From assembly GCA_003232385.1 (NCBI GenBank), contig QIJE01000006.1, positions 7,336 to 71,335 of the forward strand: a DNA stretch of 64,000 nt, in the 5' to 3' direction. Of this stretch, positions 29,645 through 40,114 are shown one piece after another (position 1 is the stretch's first letter; each line of letters begins with the position of its first letter). The notes beneath the pieces were generated by a model. It was not told the DNA's origin. It saw nothing but the letters and a program-made list of their open reading frames with translations, and searched no databases. This DNA is from a bacterium. Lineage in GTDB: Bacteria; SZUA-79; Acidulodesulfobacterales; Acidulodesulfobacteraceae. A program made the position numbers and the translations under genes.

Positions 29645-31714
29645 ATGACAAGCAATACTTTAATGCTTAACGGTAAAAAAATAACTATTGAGACGGGAAG
29701 GCTTGCAAAACAGGCATCGGGCAGCGCTTTTGTTACTATAGGCGATACGAAGGTTCTTGTTACGGCATGTTTAAGTAAACGGATAAAAGAAGGTGTCGAC
29801 TTTTTACCCCTTACGGTAAATTATGTAGAAAAATATTATTCAGCGGGAAAGATACCGGGGGGATTTTTCAAAAGAGAAGCAAGACCGTCGGAAAAAGAGG
29901 TTTTAACGTCAAGGTTTTTGGATAGACCCATAAGGCCGCTTTTCCCCGATAACTATTTTTTTGATACTCAAGTGATAGCCACCGTCGTCTCTATGGATGA
30001 CGAAAATGATCCGGACATGGCCGCCATGATAGGTGTTTCGTTTTCATTAATGATTTCGGAGGTGCCGTTTGAAGGTCCTACTGCCGGGGTCAGAATTGCT
30101 CGAGTAAACGGTGATTTTATCGTAAATCCTACATATAAAGAGATTGAAAGTAGCGATATGTTCCTCGTAGTCGCAGGCTCTAAAGATGCCATAACGATGG
30201 TAGAAGGCAGTTTTAACGAATTAGACGAAGAGGAGATTCTTTCGGCGATAGAATTCGGTCACGGTAAGATAAAGGAACTGGTAGAATTTCAGAATAATAT
30301 TTTATCCGAAATAAATATTAACAAAGCGGTGGTAGAAGAGATTGAAGTGCCGAAAGGGTTACCCGAGAAAGTTAAGGAGATTGCCTATGGTGATTTGTCC
30401 GAGGCCTTACAAATACCGGCAAAGTTGGAAAGGAATGAAAAGATAGCAAATTTGAACTCTAAAGTTATAGAACTCCTTAAGGAATCTTATCCCGATCAGG
30501 ATAGGTCAATAGACCAAATATTAGAATCGCTTCAGAAGGATTTGTTGAGAAGCAGGATTATCAATGAAGGATCAAGGATCGACGGAAGGGGTCTCAGGGA
30601 TATAAGGCCTATTAGTTGTTCGGTAGGGGAATTACCGATGGCCCACGGAAGTGCAGTTTTTACACGTGGTGAAACGCAGGCTCTTGTTGCTGCTACCCTT
30701 GGTACCAAATTTGACGAGCAGATAGTAGATGCCCCGGAAAAGGAATCTACTAAAAGATTTATGCTGCATTATAATTTTCCGCCGTTTTCGGTAGGTGAAG
30801 TTGCGCCGTTAAGATCTCCCGGCAGGAGAGAAATAGGTCACGGGTCGCTCGGTGAAAAGGCTCTTAGATATGTTATTCCTACGGCGGAGGAGTTTCCTTA
30901 TACTATAAGATTGGTTTCTGAGATACTCGAATCTAACGGTTCTTCTTCGCAAGCTACGATTTGCGGAGGAACATTATCTTTGATGGATGCCGGTGTCCCG
31001 ATAAAGGCTCCTGTTGCCGGAATTGCGATGGGACTCATAAAAGAGGGGGATAAGATTGCAATTCTTTCCGATATTTTAGGAGACGAAGACCATCTTGGAG
31101 ATATGGATTTTAAGGTTGCGGGTACCGCACAGGGCGTAACGGCTTTACAGATGGATATTAAAATTTCAGGGGTTACGAGAGAGACTTTAAGCAATGCTCT
31201 TTCTCAGGCAAAGGAAGGTCGCTTGCATATACTCAATATTATGCTTCAGTCGATATCCGAACCAAGAACGGAAATGGCTAAGAATGCCCCGAGAATAATT
31301 ACGATATCGGTCAAACCCGAAAAGGTAAGGGAAGTTATCGGTTCCGGCGGAAAGGTCATTAGGGGAATAATAGAAAAAACCGGAGCAAAGGTTGATATCG
31401 AGGATTCGGGAAAGGTTACCATCTCTTCTTCTAATGGAGAGTCTTTGAATCTTGCCGTAGCTATGATAAACGATATAACCCAGGAGGCAGAAATAGGCAA
31501 GATTTATTATGGTAAGGTTCGAAAAATAATGGATTTCGGGGCATTCGTCGAGATATTTCCCGGAACCGACGGGCTTGTTCATATTTCTCAGATAGACAAT
31601 AAAAGGGTAGAAAAGGTTTCCGATGTTTTGAAGGAAGGAGACGAGATAAAAGTTAAGGTCATAGACGTAGATAAAGCGGGTAAAATAAAACTTTCCAGAA
31701 AAGAAACTTTATGA
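29645..31714 (+). CDS. pnp: Polynucleotide phosphorylase
   Basis: The ORF is open from TTG 29591; I prefer ATG 29645 (GGGAGA SD). Two RNase PH domains, KH (VIGSGGKVIRGI) and S1 (GKVRKIMDFGAFVEI). Confidence 0.95.
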   Translation: MTSNTLMLNGKKITIETGRLAKQASGSAFVTIGDTKVLVTACLSKRIKEGVDFLPLTVNYVEKYYSAGKIPGGFFKREARPSEKEVLTSRFLDRPIRPLFPDNYFFDTQVIATVVSMDDENDPDMAAMIGVSFSLMISEVPFEGPTAGVRIARVNGDFIVNPTYKEIESSDMFLVVAGSKDAITMVEGSFNELDEEEILSAIEFGHGKIKELVEFQNNILSEININKAVVEEIEVPKGLPEKVKEIAYGDLSEALQIPAKLERNEKIANLNSKVIELLKESYPDQDRSIDQILESLQKDLLRSRIINEGSRIDGRGLRDIRPISCSVGELPMAHGSAVFTRGETQALVAATLGTKFDEQIVDAPEKESTKRFMLHYNFPPFSVGEVAPLRSPGRREIGHGSLGEKALRYVIPTAEEFPYTIRLVSEILESNGSSSQATICGGTLSLMDAGVPIKAPVAGIAMGLIKEGDKIAILSDILGDEDHLGDMDFKVAGTAQGVTALQMDIKISGVTRETLSNALSQAKEGRLHILNIMLQSISEPRTEMAKNAPRIITISVKPEKVREVIGSGGKVIRGIIEKTGAKVDIEDSGKVTISSSNGESLNLAVAMINDITQEAEIGKIYYGKVRKIMDFGAFVEIFPGTDGLVHISQIDNKRVEKVSDVLKEGDEIKVKVIDVDKAGKIKLSRKETL

Positions 31715-32952
31715 GAAATTTTAAAAAAGAAATATTACAGTCCGGCATCACGCTTATAACCGAAAAAAAATCGCATTTTAATTCCGTAAGTATAGGATTA
31801 TGGGTTAAAACCGGCAGCGCTCATGAGTCTGCCGGTTTTAACGGTATATCTCATTTTATAGAGCACTTGCTCTTTAAAGGAACTAAAAATAGAACGTATA
31901 GGGATATAAATATAGAAATAGATTTTATGGGCGGCGCATTAAACGCCTTTACGGGAACGGAACTTACCTGCCTTTACACTAAAGCCCTATATAAAAACTA
32001 TGATAGTGCCATAGATCTCCTAATAGACATGATGTTCAATTCGATTTTTCCGGCAGGCGAAATAGAAAAAGAAAAAGGCGTAATTTTGCAGGAAATATCA
32101 GGAGTTCAGGACGACCCTTCCGATTATTCCATGGAACTTTTTCATAAAGATTTTTACGGAAATTCTACGTATGCCTATCCGATACTTGGAACTGCAGATA
32201 CCATAAATAATTTTAACAGAGAAAAAATATTAAGCTATTACCACTCTCATTATAATCCCCGGAATATGGTGATCTCAGTTGCAGGAAACCTTGAGCATGA
32301 TAAAATAGCCGATTCTATAAACCGGCATATGAGTAAAACAGTCTATGATGCAGGTGATAAAGCAGTAGAAAAAACGATAGAAGCGTCCAAGGTGTACGGC
32401 AATTTTTTTCATGATAGAGATTTGGAACAAACGCATTTTCTTATAGGTCTCGATGGCATATGCAGGACTGATGAAGATTTTTTTACATTGGAGGTTTTAA
32501 ATACGATATTAGGCGGTTCGGTCAGTTCCAAACTTTTTCAAGAAGTAAGAGAAAATAAAGGGCTTGCGTACTCCATCTATTCCAATGTTGTTTTTCATAA
32601 ATTTGACGGTTATTTATATATATACGCAGGCGTTTCTCCAAATAAATTTGAACTTTCAAGAAAACTAATTTTTAGCATAATAGACGATATAGTAGAAAAT
32701 AATATTAAGGGCAAAGATATTCGGAATGCGAAAAAACACATATATGATGGATTTCTTCTAAGCGTAGAGTCTACTGGGCATATAATGAATCGCAATGCTA
32801 TAAACGAAATCTACGAAGGCGGATACGTTTCTGAGGCTCATGTTTTAAAAAAAATAGATGAAGTTGACGAAGTAGCGGTAAAAAGAGTTTCTCGGCGGTT
32901 ATTTGAGAATAAAGAGGGCAGAAATCTTACTGTTCTCGGCAATATTGAATAA
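31711..32952 (+). CDS. M16-family zinc peptidase
   Basis: Inverted zinc motif HFIEHLLFKG (HxxEH). 4-nt overlap with pnp. Confidence 0.8.
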   Translation: MRNFKKEILQSGITLITEKKSHFNSVSIGLWVKTGSAHESAGFNGISHFIEHLLFKGTKNRTYRDINIEIDFMGGALNAFTGTELTCLYTKALYKNYDSAIDLLIDMMFNSIFPAGEIEKEKGVILQEISGVQDDPSDYSMELFHKDFYGNSTYAYPILGTADTINNFNREKILSYYHSHYNPRNMVISVAGNLEHDKIADSINRHMSKTVYDAGDKAVEKTIEASKVYGNFFHDRDLEQTHFLIGLDGICRTDEDFFTLEVLNTILGGSVSSKLFQEVRENKGLAYSIYSNVVFHKFDGYLYIYAGVSPNKFELSRKLIFSIIDDIVENNIKGKDIRNAKKHIYDGFLLSVESTGHIMNRNAINEIYEGGYVSEAHVLKKIDEVDEVAVKRVSRRLFENKEGRNLTVLGNIE

Positions 32953-33029
32953 TAATATTATATATATTTTTATCGTACACATTACTATTAACCCGTAAGC
33001 GACGCCATAAGTTGCTATAAATAGAAAAA

Positions 33030-33584
33030 GTGAAGGATATGGACACCGATATTTATTATCCTAAAATTTATGACATAATATATAGGTCAGGTTATGCAAT
33101 AGGCTATGTCGGTATAGTTTTATTTGTTTTTTCTTATCTATTTTACGATTTGCCGGTCTTTTCTGCAGGAATTTTAATCTTTTATCTTGGCTCTCTTACT
33201 TCCGGGATATTTCTCTTAGTTTGGAAAAGAGAGATAAAAATATTCATTCTTTCATGCATAATATTGGGAATTCTTATAGGTGTCGGTGATATATTCCTTA
33301 AAAATTCGGAGGTTTTAATCATATCTATCGGATTAGTGCTTACGGGTGTTGCGGGACTATACGGAAAAGAGGCTCATTGCTTTCATTTTATAGAAGGCTG
33401 GATTCTAATGTGGTCGTTTCCGATTTTGATTTTTGCAAATTTATTGATTTATGGATTAGGCTTGCAAGATAACGGTATAATTCATTTTATTTTTTTCGTA
33501 ATTTATGCAATATTAATGCTCTTGGCATTATCTTTTCTGATAAAAAAAACGAGACAACCTTTAATGAAGTTTTGTCAGGATTAG
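33030..33584 (+). CDS. Polytopic membrane protein, function unknown
   Basis: 184 aa with 5-6 hydrophobic helices. No motif recognised. Confidence 0.45.
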   Translation: MKDMDTDIYYPKIYDIIYRSGYAIGYVGIVLFVFSYLFYDLPVFSAGILIFYLGSLTSGIFLLVWKREIKIFILSCIILGILIGVGDIFLKNSEVLIISIGLVLTGVAGLYGKEAHCFHFIEGWILMWSFPILIFANLLIYGLGLQDNGIIHFIFFVIYAILMLLALSFLIKKTRQPLMKFCQD

Positions 33585-33596
33585 AATATTTTTTTA

Positions 33597-33625
33597 TTGC
33601 ATAATGACTTTAAAGTCATTATAAT
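33597..33625 (+). promoter_or_regulatory. Putative promoter (TTGCAT-17-TATAAT) overlapped by a perfect 22-bp palindrome, the candidate TetR operator
   Basis: ATAATGACTTTAAAGTCATTAT (33601-33622) equals its own reverse complement. -35 at 33597-33602, -10 at 33620-33625, tetR ATG at 33637. Confidence 0.45.
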
Positions 33626-33636
33626 AAAATTAAGAT

Positions 33637-34248
33637 ATGATGGAAAATGTGGATAAATATGAATTGATTATGTCATCTTCAAGAAAATTGATTGAGGAAA
33701 TAGGTTTTTCTGCTCTTACTATGGATAAAGTAGCGCAAAAAGCCGGCATCGCAAAGGGAACGGTCTATCTTTATTTTAAAGACAAGAACGAACTTATGGA
33801 GAAGGTTCTGTCTCTCGGATTCAAAAGGATGTTTGAAAGAATTAAGGGTAAAGTAGAAAAAGAAAAAGGCGGTATAGAAAAATTAAAAACATTAATTTCC
33901 GAGAACTTAAATTATATTTATGAAAATAGATATTTTTTTAAAACAATCTTCTTAGATGAGGTTAATATTGTTTTCTTGAAAAAAAAATCTAAGGAGTCTT
34001 TGAATCTGAGAAGAAAAAGATATACAAATTTCATAGGCGAAATTATTAAATCTGAAATGCAATCCGGTAGGTTTAGGGGCGATTTAGATCCCTTAAAGGT
34101 TGGATATATGCTTGCCTCTTTAATCAAAACAAACGCCATATATAATTTTATTAACGATAAATACGAGCTTACGGAGGGAATGATTAAAAAAGATTCGGAA
34201 GATATATTTAACCTGTTGATACACGGAATAATCAGACCCCACACTTAA
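33637..34248 (+). CDS. TetR/AcrR-family transcriptional repressor
   Basis: N-terminal HTH FSALTMDKVAQKAGIAKGTVYLYF. First gene of the efflux operon. Confidence 0.85.
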   Translation: MMENVDKYELIMSSSRKLIEEIGFSALTMDKVAQKAGIAKGTVYLYFKDKNELMEKVLSLGFKRMFERIKGKVEKEKGGIEKLKTLISENLNYIYENRYFFKTIFLDEVNIVFLKKKSKESLNLRRKRYTNFIGEIIKSEMQSGRFRGDLDPLKVGYMLASLIKTNAIYNFINDKYELTEGMIKKDSEDIFNLLIHGIIRPHT

Positions 34249-34287
34249 ACCTGGTCTTAATTATTAAGAATATTCGGAGGATATAGA

Positions 34288-35397
34288 ATGCATGCCCTGA
34301 AAAGTAAAATCAACAAAATAAAAATACTGCTGCCTGTCCTTACCGTGCTTGTTTTGATTTCAGCCCTGTCACTTACCGCCTGCGGAAAAAAGAATACCCG
34401 GGTAAAGACGGCAACCCCGATAAGTATTGCTAAAGTTAAGGTTTTGAGCACAAAAATTTACTTAAAGGAACCGGGGTACTTCTTGCCGTATAATGTCGCA
34501 AATGTATCGTCAAGGTCGCCCGGCCAGATTACGGAGGTTATTGCCCGAGACGGTGATTCCGTAAAGGCGGGGCAGGTATTAGCCGTAGTAGATAGAAAAA
34601 AAGCCTACTTTACAATGAAATCGCAGGAGGCCGCCGCTAGGCAGAAAAAAGCCGTTTATGTCCTTGCAGAATCAATGTTGAAAAGGGATACGATGCTGTT
34701 TAAAAAACAATTATTGACGGCCGTTAATTACGATCGTGCGGTTTCGAGTTTGAAACAGGCGTTATCTTCTTATGATGCAGCGTTGTCGCTTTTAAAATTA
34801 GACAAAAAAAATTATAAGGATACATTAATAGTTTCGCCGATTAGCGGCATTGTCTATGAAAGACGTATTAACCTTGGGGATTATGTCAACGTGGGTATGT
34901 TATCATACAGTATTGTCGCATTGAAGCCGTTAGAGTTGGAATTTCACGTTCCGCAGAGTTATGTGCCGTTTATAAAAAACGGAGAAACCTGTTCCGCAAT
35001 CGTTAAAGGTTATCCTCGGAAGATTTTTTCAGGGCGTATTTATTTTATAAGTCCTTCGCTAGATCCGGATACCAGGACGGTAAAAATCAAGGCTATTTTT
35101 GGCAATAATAGAGAATTTATAAAACCGCAGGATTTTGCGAACGTCAGATTTTCAGTGGGATTTGTAAAAAATGGTCTTTTTGTGCCGGAATCATCCGTCA
35201 TAATTACATTAAAGAGGGACTATTTGTTTGTATATAAAAACGGCATCGTTAAACGAAGAGACGTATCCGTAGGAATTTCTAAGAATGGATACCTGCAGAT
35301 TACGAAGGGTATAAGCGATAATGATACCGTAGTCGTTAAGGGTTCAAGCTTAGTGCATAACAATGAACGCGTTTTCATAGCAAAGAGGGTTAGATAA
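34288..35397 (+). CDS. RND efflux periplasmic adaptor (membrane fusion protein), lipoprotein
   Basis: Lipobox LSLTAC; HlyD/AcrA-like lipoyl and beta-barrel segments. Immediately upstream of the RND pump. Confidence 0.85.
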   Translation: MHALKSKINKIKILLPVLTVLVLISALSLTACGKKNTRVKTATPISIAKVKVLSTKIYLKEPGYFLPYNVANVSSRSPGQITEVIARDGDSVKAGQVLAVVDRKKAYFTMKSQEAAARQKKAVYVLAESMLKRDTMLFKKQLLTAVNYDRAVSSLKQALSSYDAALSLLKLDKKNYKDTLIVSPISGIVYERRINLGDYVNVGMLSYSIVALKPLELEFHVPQSYVPFIKNGETCSAIVKGYPRKIFSGRIYFISPSLDPDTRTVKIKAIFGNNREFIKPQDFANVRFSVGFVKNGLFVPESSVIITLKRDYLFVYKNGIVKRRDVSVGISKNGYLQITKGISDNDTVVVKGSSLVHNNERVFIAKRVR

Positions 35398-35398
35398 A

Positions 35399-38300
35399 AT
35401 GAAAATATCAGATATTTCAATTAAACGGCCGGTTTTTGCAGTAATGATGGTCAGTATTTTCGTTGTTTTCGGTATATTCGGTTATTTTGCCCTTGCAGTA
35501 AATCTTTATCCAAGCATTCAGTTTCCCATAGTAACTATTACGACGACAATGCCCGGCGCCAGTCCGAGAGAAATGGAGCTTGACGTTACGAAAAAGATAG
35601 AGGATGCCGTGAATTCGGTTTCGGGCATAAAACATATAATGTCCTCAAGCAGCGTTGGGATGAGTAATGTCATCATAGAGTTTCATTTAAATAGAAACAT
35701 CGCTCATCGTTATCAGTCCGTTACCGCAGATGTTAATGCAATATTGGATACACTACCTAAAAATATAAATACGCCGGTCATTAAAAAGCTTAACGTAAAT
35801 TCTTCTCCCGTTATGTGGATTGCCTTGTCCGGTGACAGGTCTAGAAGATTCTTGTCTTTTTATGCGCAAAAGGTCTTAGAAAGAAAGTTTGAAAGGCTTC
35901 CCGGAGCCGGTCGGATTATTATAGGCGGGATAAGAAGCAGGAGGATGATTTTTTATGTAAACAATAATGAGATGACGGCCCACGGCATTAGTATTAATCA
36001 GGTCATTAGTGCCATTAAGTCTCAAAGCATTTCCGCACCCACCGGAAATCTAAAGACCGACACTAAAACATATTTCACCTATCTTAAGGGAAGACTTCAT
36101 ACGGCAAAAGGGTTTGATAGGATGGTTATCGGTAATTATAAAGGGATACCCATCAGATTTTCGCAGATAGGGCGTGCCGTGAATTCGGAAGCCCCGGAGG
36201 CGTCCATTACAACCTTTGACGGGAAGCCTGCTGTAGGACTTGGAATTACTATAAAGACGCACGCTAATACCGTCAAGGTTGTCGCCGAAGCAAAACATCT
36301 TCTAAACTTGATAAGACCGTCTTTGCCTTCCGGAGTTAATGCACAAATTGCTTATAATAGTGCGACCTTTATAAAAAAGTCGATATCGGACGTAGAGTTC
36401 GATATAATATGGGGAACCATTCTTACTATATTTGTTGTTTTTTTCTTCTTAAAAAATTTAAGAACCACTTTAATTGCGGCAACGGCATTACCCGCCGCAA
36501 TAATTTCTGCTTTCGGTTTTTTACGTCTTATGAATTTTTCTCTCAACAATATGACCATGCTGGGGCTATCACTGTCGGTGGGTCTCTTGATAGACGATGC
36601 CATAGTCGTTTTAGAGAATATCTACAGGCATGTCGAAAACGGAGAAGATAGGATGTATGCATCGTCCAAATCTATGAAAGAGATCGGCATAGCGGTGATG
36701 GCCACAACCTTCTCTATCGTAGCGGTCTTTGTTCCGGTTGCGTTTATGCCGGGTATGATAGGCAGGTTTTTTTATGAGTTTGGTTTAACCGTCGCCTTTG
36801 CCGTCTTAATTTCATTGTTAGTTTCTTTTACTCTTACGCCGATGCTGTCGTCACGTTTTATCGTTTATAAAAAGGATCACGGTTTTTTGTTCATATTTTT
36901 TGAAAATATTATGAAGCAGACGACTAATATTTACAAAAAGGTGATAGGCTGGAGCCTGGATCATAGGTCGGCGATTATAATATCGGCGATTATTATATTT
37001 GCCTTTTCGCTGTATTTAACGAAATATATTGGGAAAGAGATGATGCCTCCGTCAAATTCCGGTAATTTTCTTATTTATTTTAAGGCTCCCGAAGGTACGA
37101 GCGTAAAGGTCATGAAGAAATATTCGCATGCTTTATATAAAATAGTCAAGAAAACCCCGTTCGAAAAATCTATTTTTATGGCTACGGCGTCCGGCGTTAA
37201 CGGTTCAAGGTATAAAGGGTTATTTTTCGTCTCTTTAAAAAACTCCAGAAATCTCAATCAACAGCAAGTAATGAAGATAGTGAGAAAAAATTTATCCGTA
37301 ACCCCCGGTGTTTTTACTCAGGTAATGGATATGCCGGTTATCGGAGGCGCTTCTTCAAATGTTTCTCCGCTACAAGTTATCATAATGGGTCCTGGCATTA
37401 AAAAGACAATAACCTATTCGAAAAAACTCATAAAAGACCTAAAGAAGGTACCCGGATTAGTAGACGTGACGTCTAATATGCAGTTTCGCCAGCCGGAGCT
37501 TTTGATTCACGTAAATAGAAATCTTGCCGGCAGTCTTGGCGTAAGCGTGTCTTCCATAGCTGAGACAATAGATGCACTTATAGGCGGGGATATAAATATA
37601 TTTAAAGATTATAATTTTATATATAAAGGACATACCTATAACCAGCAGATAAGGCTTTTTGGGAATGAAAGAAATAATATAAAGGATATAAAAAATCTTT
37701 ATGTCGCCAATAATATGGGCAAGCTTATTTCTCTATCGGATTTAATATCCGTTAAAAATACGATAGGACCCCAGGTCATAAACAGGAGAGATCTTGAAAA
37801 TGCCGTTACTATTTATGCCAATATGTCTAATCACGTTCCGTTAAGTTACGGAATCGCAAAGGTGAGACAGTATATATCCCGCATAATACCTAAAAAATCT
37901 TTATACTCTTATCAATTCAGCGGGATGGCTTCAAAACTGAATCGATCGTTCAGTACTATGGGTTTAACGCTGCTTTTGGCGCTGATTATAGTATATATGA
38001 TCCTTGCTTCCCTCTATGACAGTTTTATAGACCCGTTCGTTATCATGGTTTCTGTTCCTTTTGCTCTTATAGGGGCGATAGGGGGGCTGCTTTTAATGCA
38101 CAAATCTTTAAGTATAATCGCGTTAATAGGTATAATTTTACTGATAGGGCTCGTCGTAAAAAATGCCATACTTTTAGTTGATTTTATAATATTATCCAGA
38201 GAAAAGGGATTAAATAAGCATGATTCTATTATTGAAGCCGGCAGCATAAGATTTCGCCCTATTTTAATGACAACGCTTGCAATGGTTTTCGGTATGCTTC

Positions 38301-38470
38301 CTATAGCTACCGGTTTGGGTGTCGGTTCTTCTTCTAGGGCACCTATGGCAATTGACGTTATAGGCGGACTTTTGACGTCGATGTTTCTTACGTTGGTGGT
38401 CGTTCCGGTCTTATACTCGTATGTCGATAACCTTAAGGGATTTTTAAATAAGGTATTTTCGAAGAGATAG
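35399..38470 (+). CDS. RND (AcrB/HAE1-type) efflux transporter
   Basis: 1023 aa. N-terminus ISIKRPVFAVMM, 12-TM architecture with two large loops, GLLIDDAIVVLENI motif. Confidence 0.9.
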   Translation: MKISDISIKRPVFAVMMVSIFVVFGIFGYFALAVNLYPSIQFPIVTITTTMPGASPREMELDVTKKIEDAVNSVSGIKHIMSSSSVGMSNVIIEFHLNRNIAHRYQSVTADVNAILDTLPKNINTPVIKKLNVNSSPVMWIALSGDRSRRFLSFYAQKVLERKFERLPGAGRIIIGGIRSRRMIFYVNNNEMTAHGISINQVISAIKSQSISAPTGNLKTDTKTYFTYLKGRLHTAKGFDRMVIGNYKGIPIRFSQIGRAVNSEAPEASITTFDGKPAVGLGITIKTHANTVKVVAEAKHLLNLIRPSLPSGVNAQIAYNSATFIKKSISDVEFDIIWGTILTIFVVFFFLKNLRTTLIAATALPAAIISAFGFLRLMNFSLNNMTMLGLSLSVGLLIDDAIVVLENIYRHVENGEDRMYASSKSMKEIGIAVMATTFSIVAVFVPVAFMPGMIGRFFYEFGLTVAFAVLISLLVSFTLTPMLSSRFIVYKKDHGFLFIFFENIMKQTTNIYKKVIGWSLDHRSAIIISAIIIFAFSLYLTKYIGKEMMPPSNSGNFLIYFKAPEGTSVKVMKKYSHALYKIVKKTPFEKSIFMATASGVNGSRYKGLFFVSLKNSRNLNQQQVMKIVRKNLSVTPGVFTQVMDMPVIGGASSNVSPLQVIIMGPGIKKTITYSKKLIKDLKKVPGLVDVTSNMQFRQPELLIHVNRNLAGSLGVSVSSIAETIDALIGGDINIFKDYNFIYKGHTYNQQIRLFGNERNNIKDIKNLYVANNMGKLISLSDLISVKNTIGPQVINRRDLENAVTIYANMSNHVPLSYGIAKVRQYISRIIPKKSLYSYQFSGMASKLNRSFSTMGLTLLLALIIVYMILASLYDSFIDPFVIMVSVPFALIGAIGGLLLMHKSLSIIALIGIILLIGLVVKNAILLVDFIILSREKGLNKHDSIIEAGSIRFRPILMTTLAMVFGMLPIATGLGVGSSSRAPMAIDVIGGLLTSMFLTLVVVPVLYSYVDNLKGFLNKVFSKR

Positions 38471-38510
38471 GGGGGTCAATTAAGAGACTTGATCTGAGTG
38501 AATAAAATAA

Positions 38511-40070
38511 ATGATTGAAAAATCGCATAAATATTATAAATGGATAGTTCTTTCCCTTGTGGTTGTTTCTTCATTTATGGCAATATTAGACGTAAATATA
38601 GTTACGGTCGGCCTTCCAAAGATGATGTCCCATTTCGGCATTAACGTCACAGACGTCGAATGGGTAATGATTGCTTATACCATTGCTTATTCTATAGTAA
38701 TACTTCCGATGGCGCATTTTAAGAGAAAATATGGGATAAAGTATCCTTTTATAGTGTCTCTTGCTATATTTGTTATCGGATCTGCTTTAAGCGGGCTTGC
38801 CCCTTCTTATACCGATCTCATTATATTTCGCATTTTACAAGCCATTGGAGGTGCAGGACTTACCCCGACCGGTTTGGTTCTACTTGCAGAGGTTTTTCCT
38901 CCCAATGAAAGAGGGGAAGCAATGGGTATCTGGTCAATAGGTGCAATGGTGGCTCCGGCTATCGGACCTACCCTTGGAGGCTATCTTGTAGATTTTGTAA
39001 ACTGGAGATGGATATTTTATGTAAACGTTCCTATAGGAATCATTTCAATATTAGGGGCGGCTATGATTTTGCCGTACGACGTTCCCATAAAAAAATATTT
39101 AAAGAAATTCGATATACTTGGTTTTTTGTTTATGGCTTTATTTATGGGTTCGCTTCTATATGCCTTAAATGAAGGACAGACTTTCGGGTGGAATGCACCT
39201 ATTATAATTCAATCCGAAGTTTTAAGCGGATTTTCGTTTGTTTTTTTTATAATTACCGAATTATTTGTTGACACCCCCCTTCTTAATCTTGCCATATTCA
39301 AAAATTATAATTTTGTTGTATCAATCATGGTTAATATGGTAAGAGCAGTGGGGATTTTCGGCTCAATGTTTTTATTGCCTCTTTTTATGGAAAATGTCTT
39401 AAACTACAACGCAATGCATGCCGGGATATTAATGGCCCCTACTGCCGTCGCTGTAGCGGTTGTTTCCCCTTTTTCCGGTAAAATATCCGATAAAATAGGG
39501 CCGAGGTATCCACTGTTTGTAGGATTATTGATTGTTGCGGCTTCTATGTTTATGTTCGATAATATCTCCTTAAATACAAGTGCTTACGATATAGTGGTAA
39601 ACCAGCTGATAAGAGGTGTAGGTATAGGATTGTTGAATGCTCCGGTTATGAGCGCCGCTTTAAATTCCGTAAAGAAAAAATTAATACCCGAGGTTTCCGG
39701 TTTAATCCCCGTGACTATTCAAATAGGGGCCTCGTTTGGAATAGCTTTTATAGGCAATGAACTTATTATTAGGCAGATTTACCACCTAAATCAGTATGCG
39801 GGAGATATTAAATACAATTTTTATACATATCACGACATGATGAAGTTCATTGGCAGTAATTTAGTGAATAAGGCACCGGCCTACTTTAGACCGGGAACGA
39901 TATTTCCAAACTCGGCACTTAGCTTTTTTGATTATATCATACATATGCTTGCTTACGTTGCCTCTTATGGAGATTTGTTTGCGATTTTGGGGTATATTAC
40001 GATAGTAGGGGCAGTTATTGCTTTTTTCATTAAGAATAAAAGGCCTACAGATATAGATAGTAAATCGTAA
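38511..40070 (+). CDS. MFS transporter, DHA2 (EmrB/QacA-like, 14-TMS) type
   Basis: 519 aa. LDVNIVTVGLPKM, LIIFRILQAIGGAG and many TM helices. Confidence 0.85.
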   Translation: MIEKSHKYYKWIVLSLVVVSSFMAILDVNIVTVGLPKMMSHFGINVTDVEWVMIAYTIAYSIVILPMAHFKRKYGIKYPFIVSLAIFVIGSALSGLAPSYTDLIIFRILQAIGGAGLTPTGLVLLAEVFPPNERGEAMGIWSIGAMVAPAIGPTLGGYLVDFVNWRWIFYVNVPIGIISILGAAMILPYDVPIKKYLKKFDILGFLFMALFMGSLLYALNEGQTFGWNAPIIIQSEVLSGFSFVFFIITELFVDTPLLNLAIFKNYNFVVSIMVNMVRAVGIFGSMFLLPLFMENVLNYNAMHAGILMAPTAVAVAVVSPFSGKISDKIGPRYPLFVGLLIVAASMFMFDNISLNTSAYDIVVNQLIRGVGIGLLNAPVMSAALNSVKKKLIPEVSGLIPVTIQIGASFGIAFIGNELIIRQIYHLNQYAGDIKYNFYTYHDMMKFIGSNLVNKAPAYFRPGTIFPNSALSFFDYIIHMLAYVASYGDLFAILGYITIVGAVIAFFIKNKRPTDIDSKS

Positions 40071-40114
40071 TGATAAACGTTTATCGTATTATATAAATGT
40101 GATAATATTAAGGC

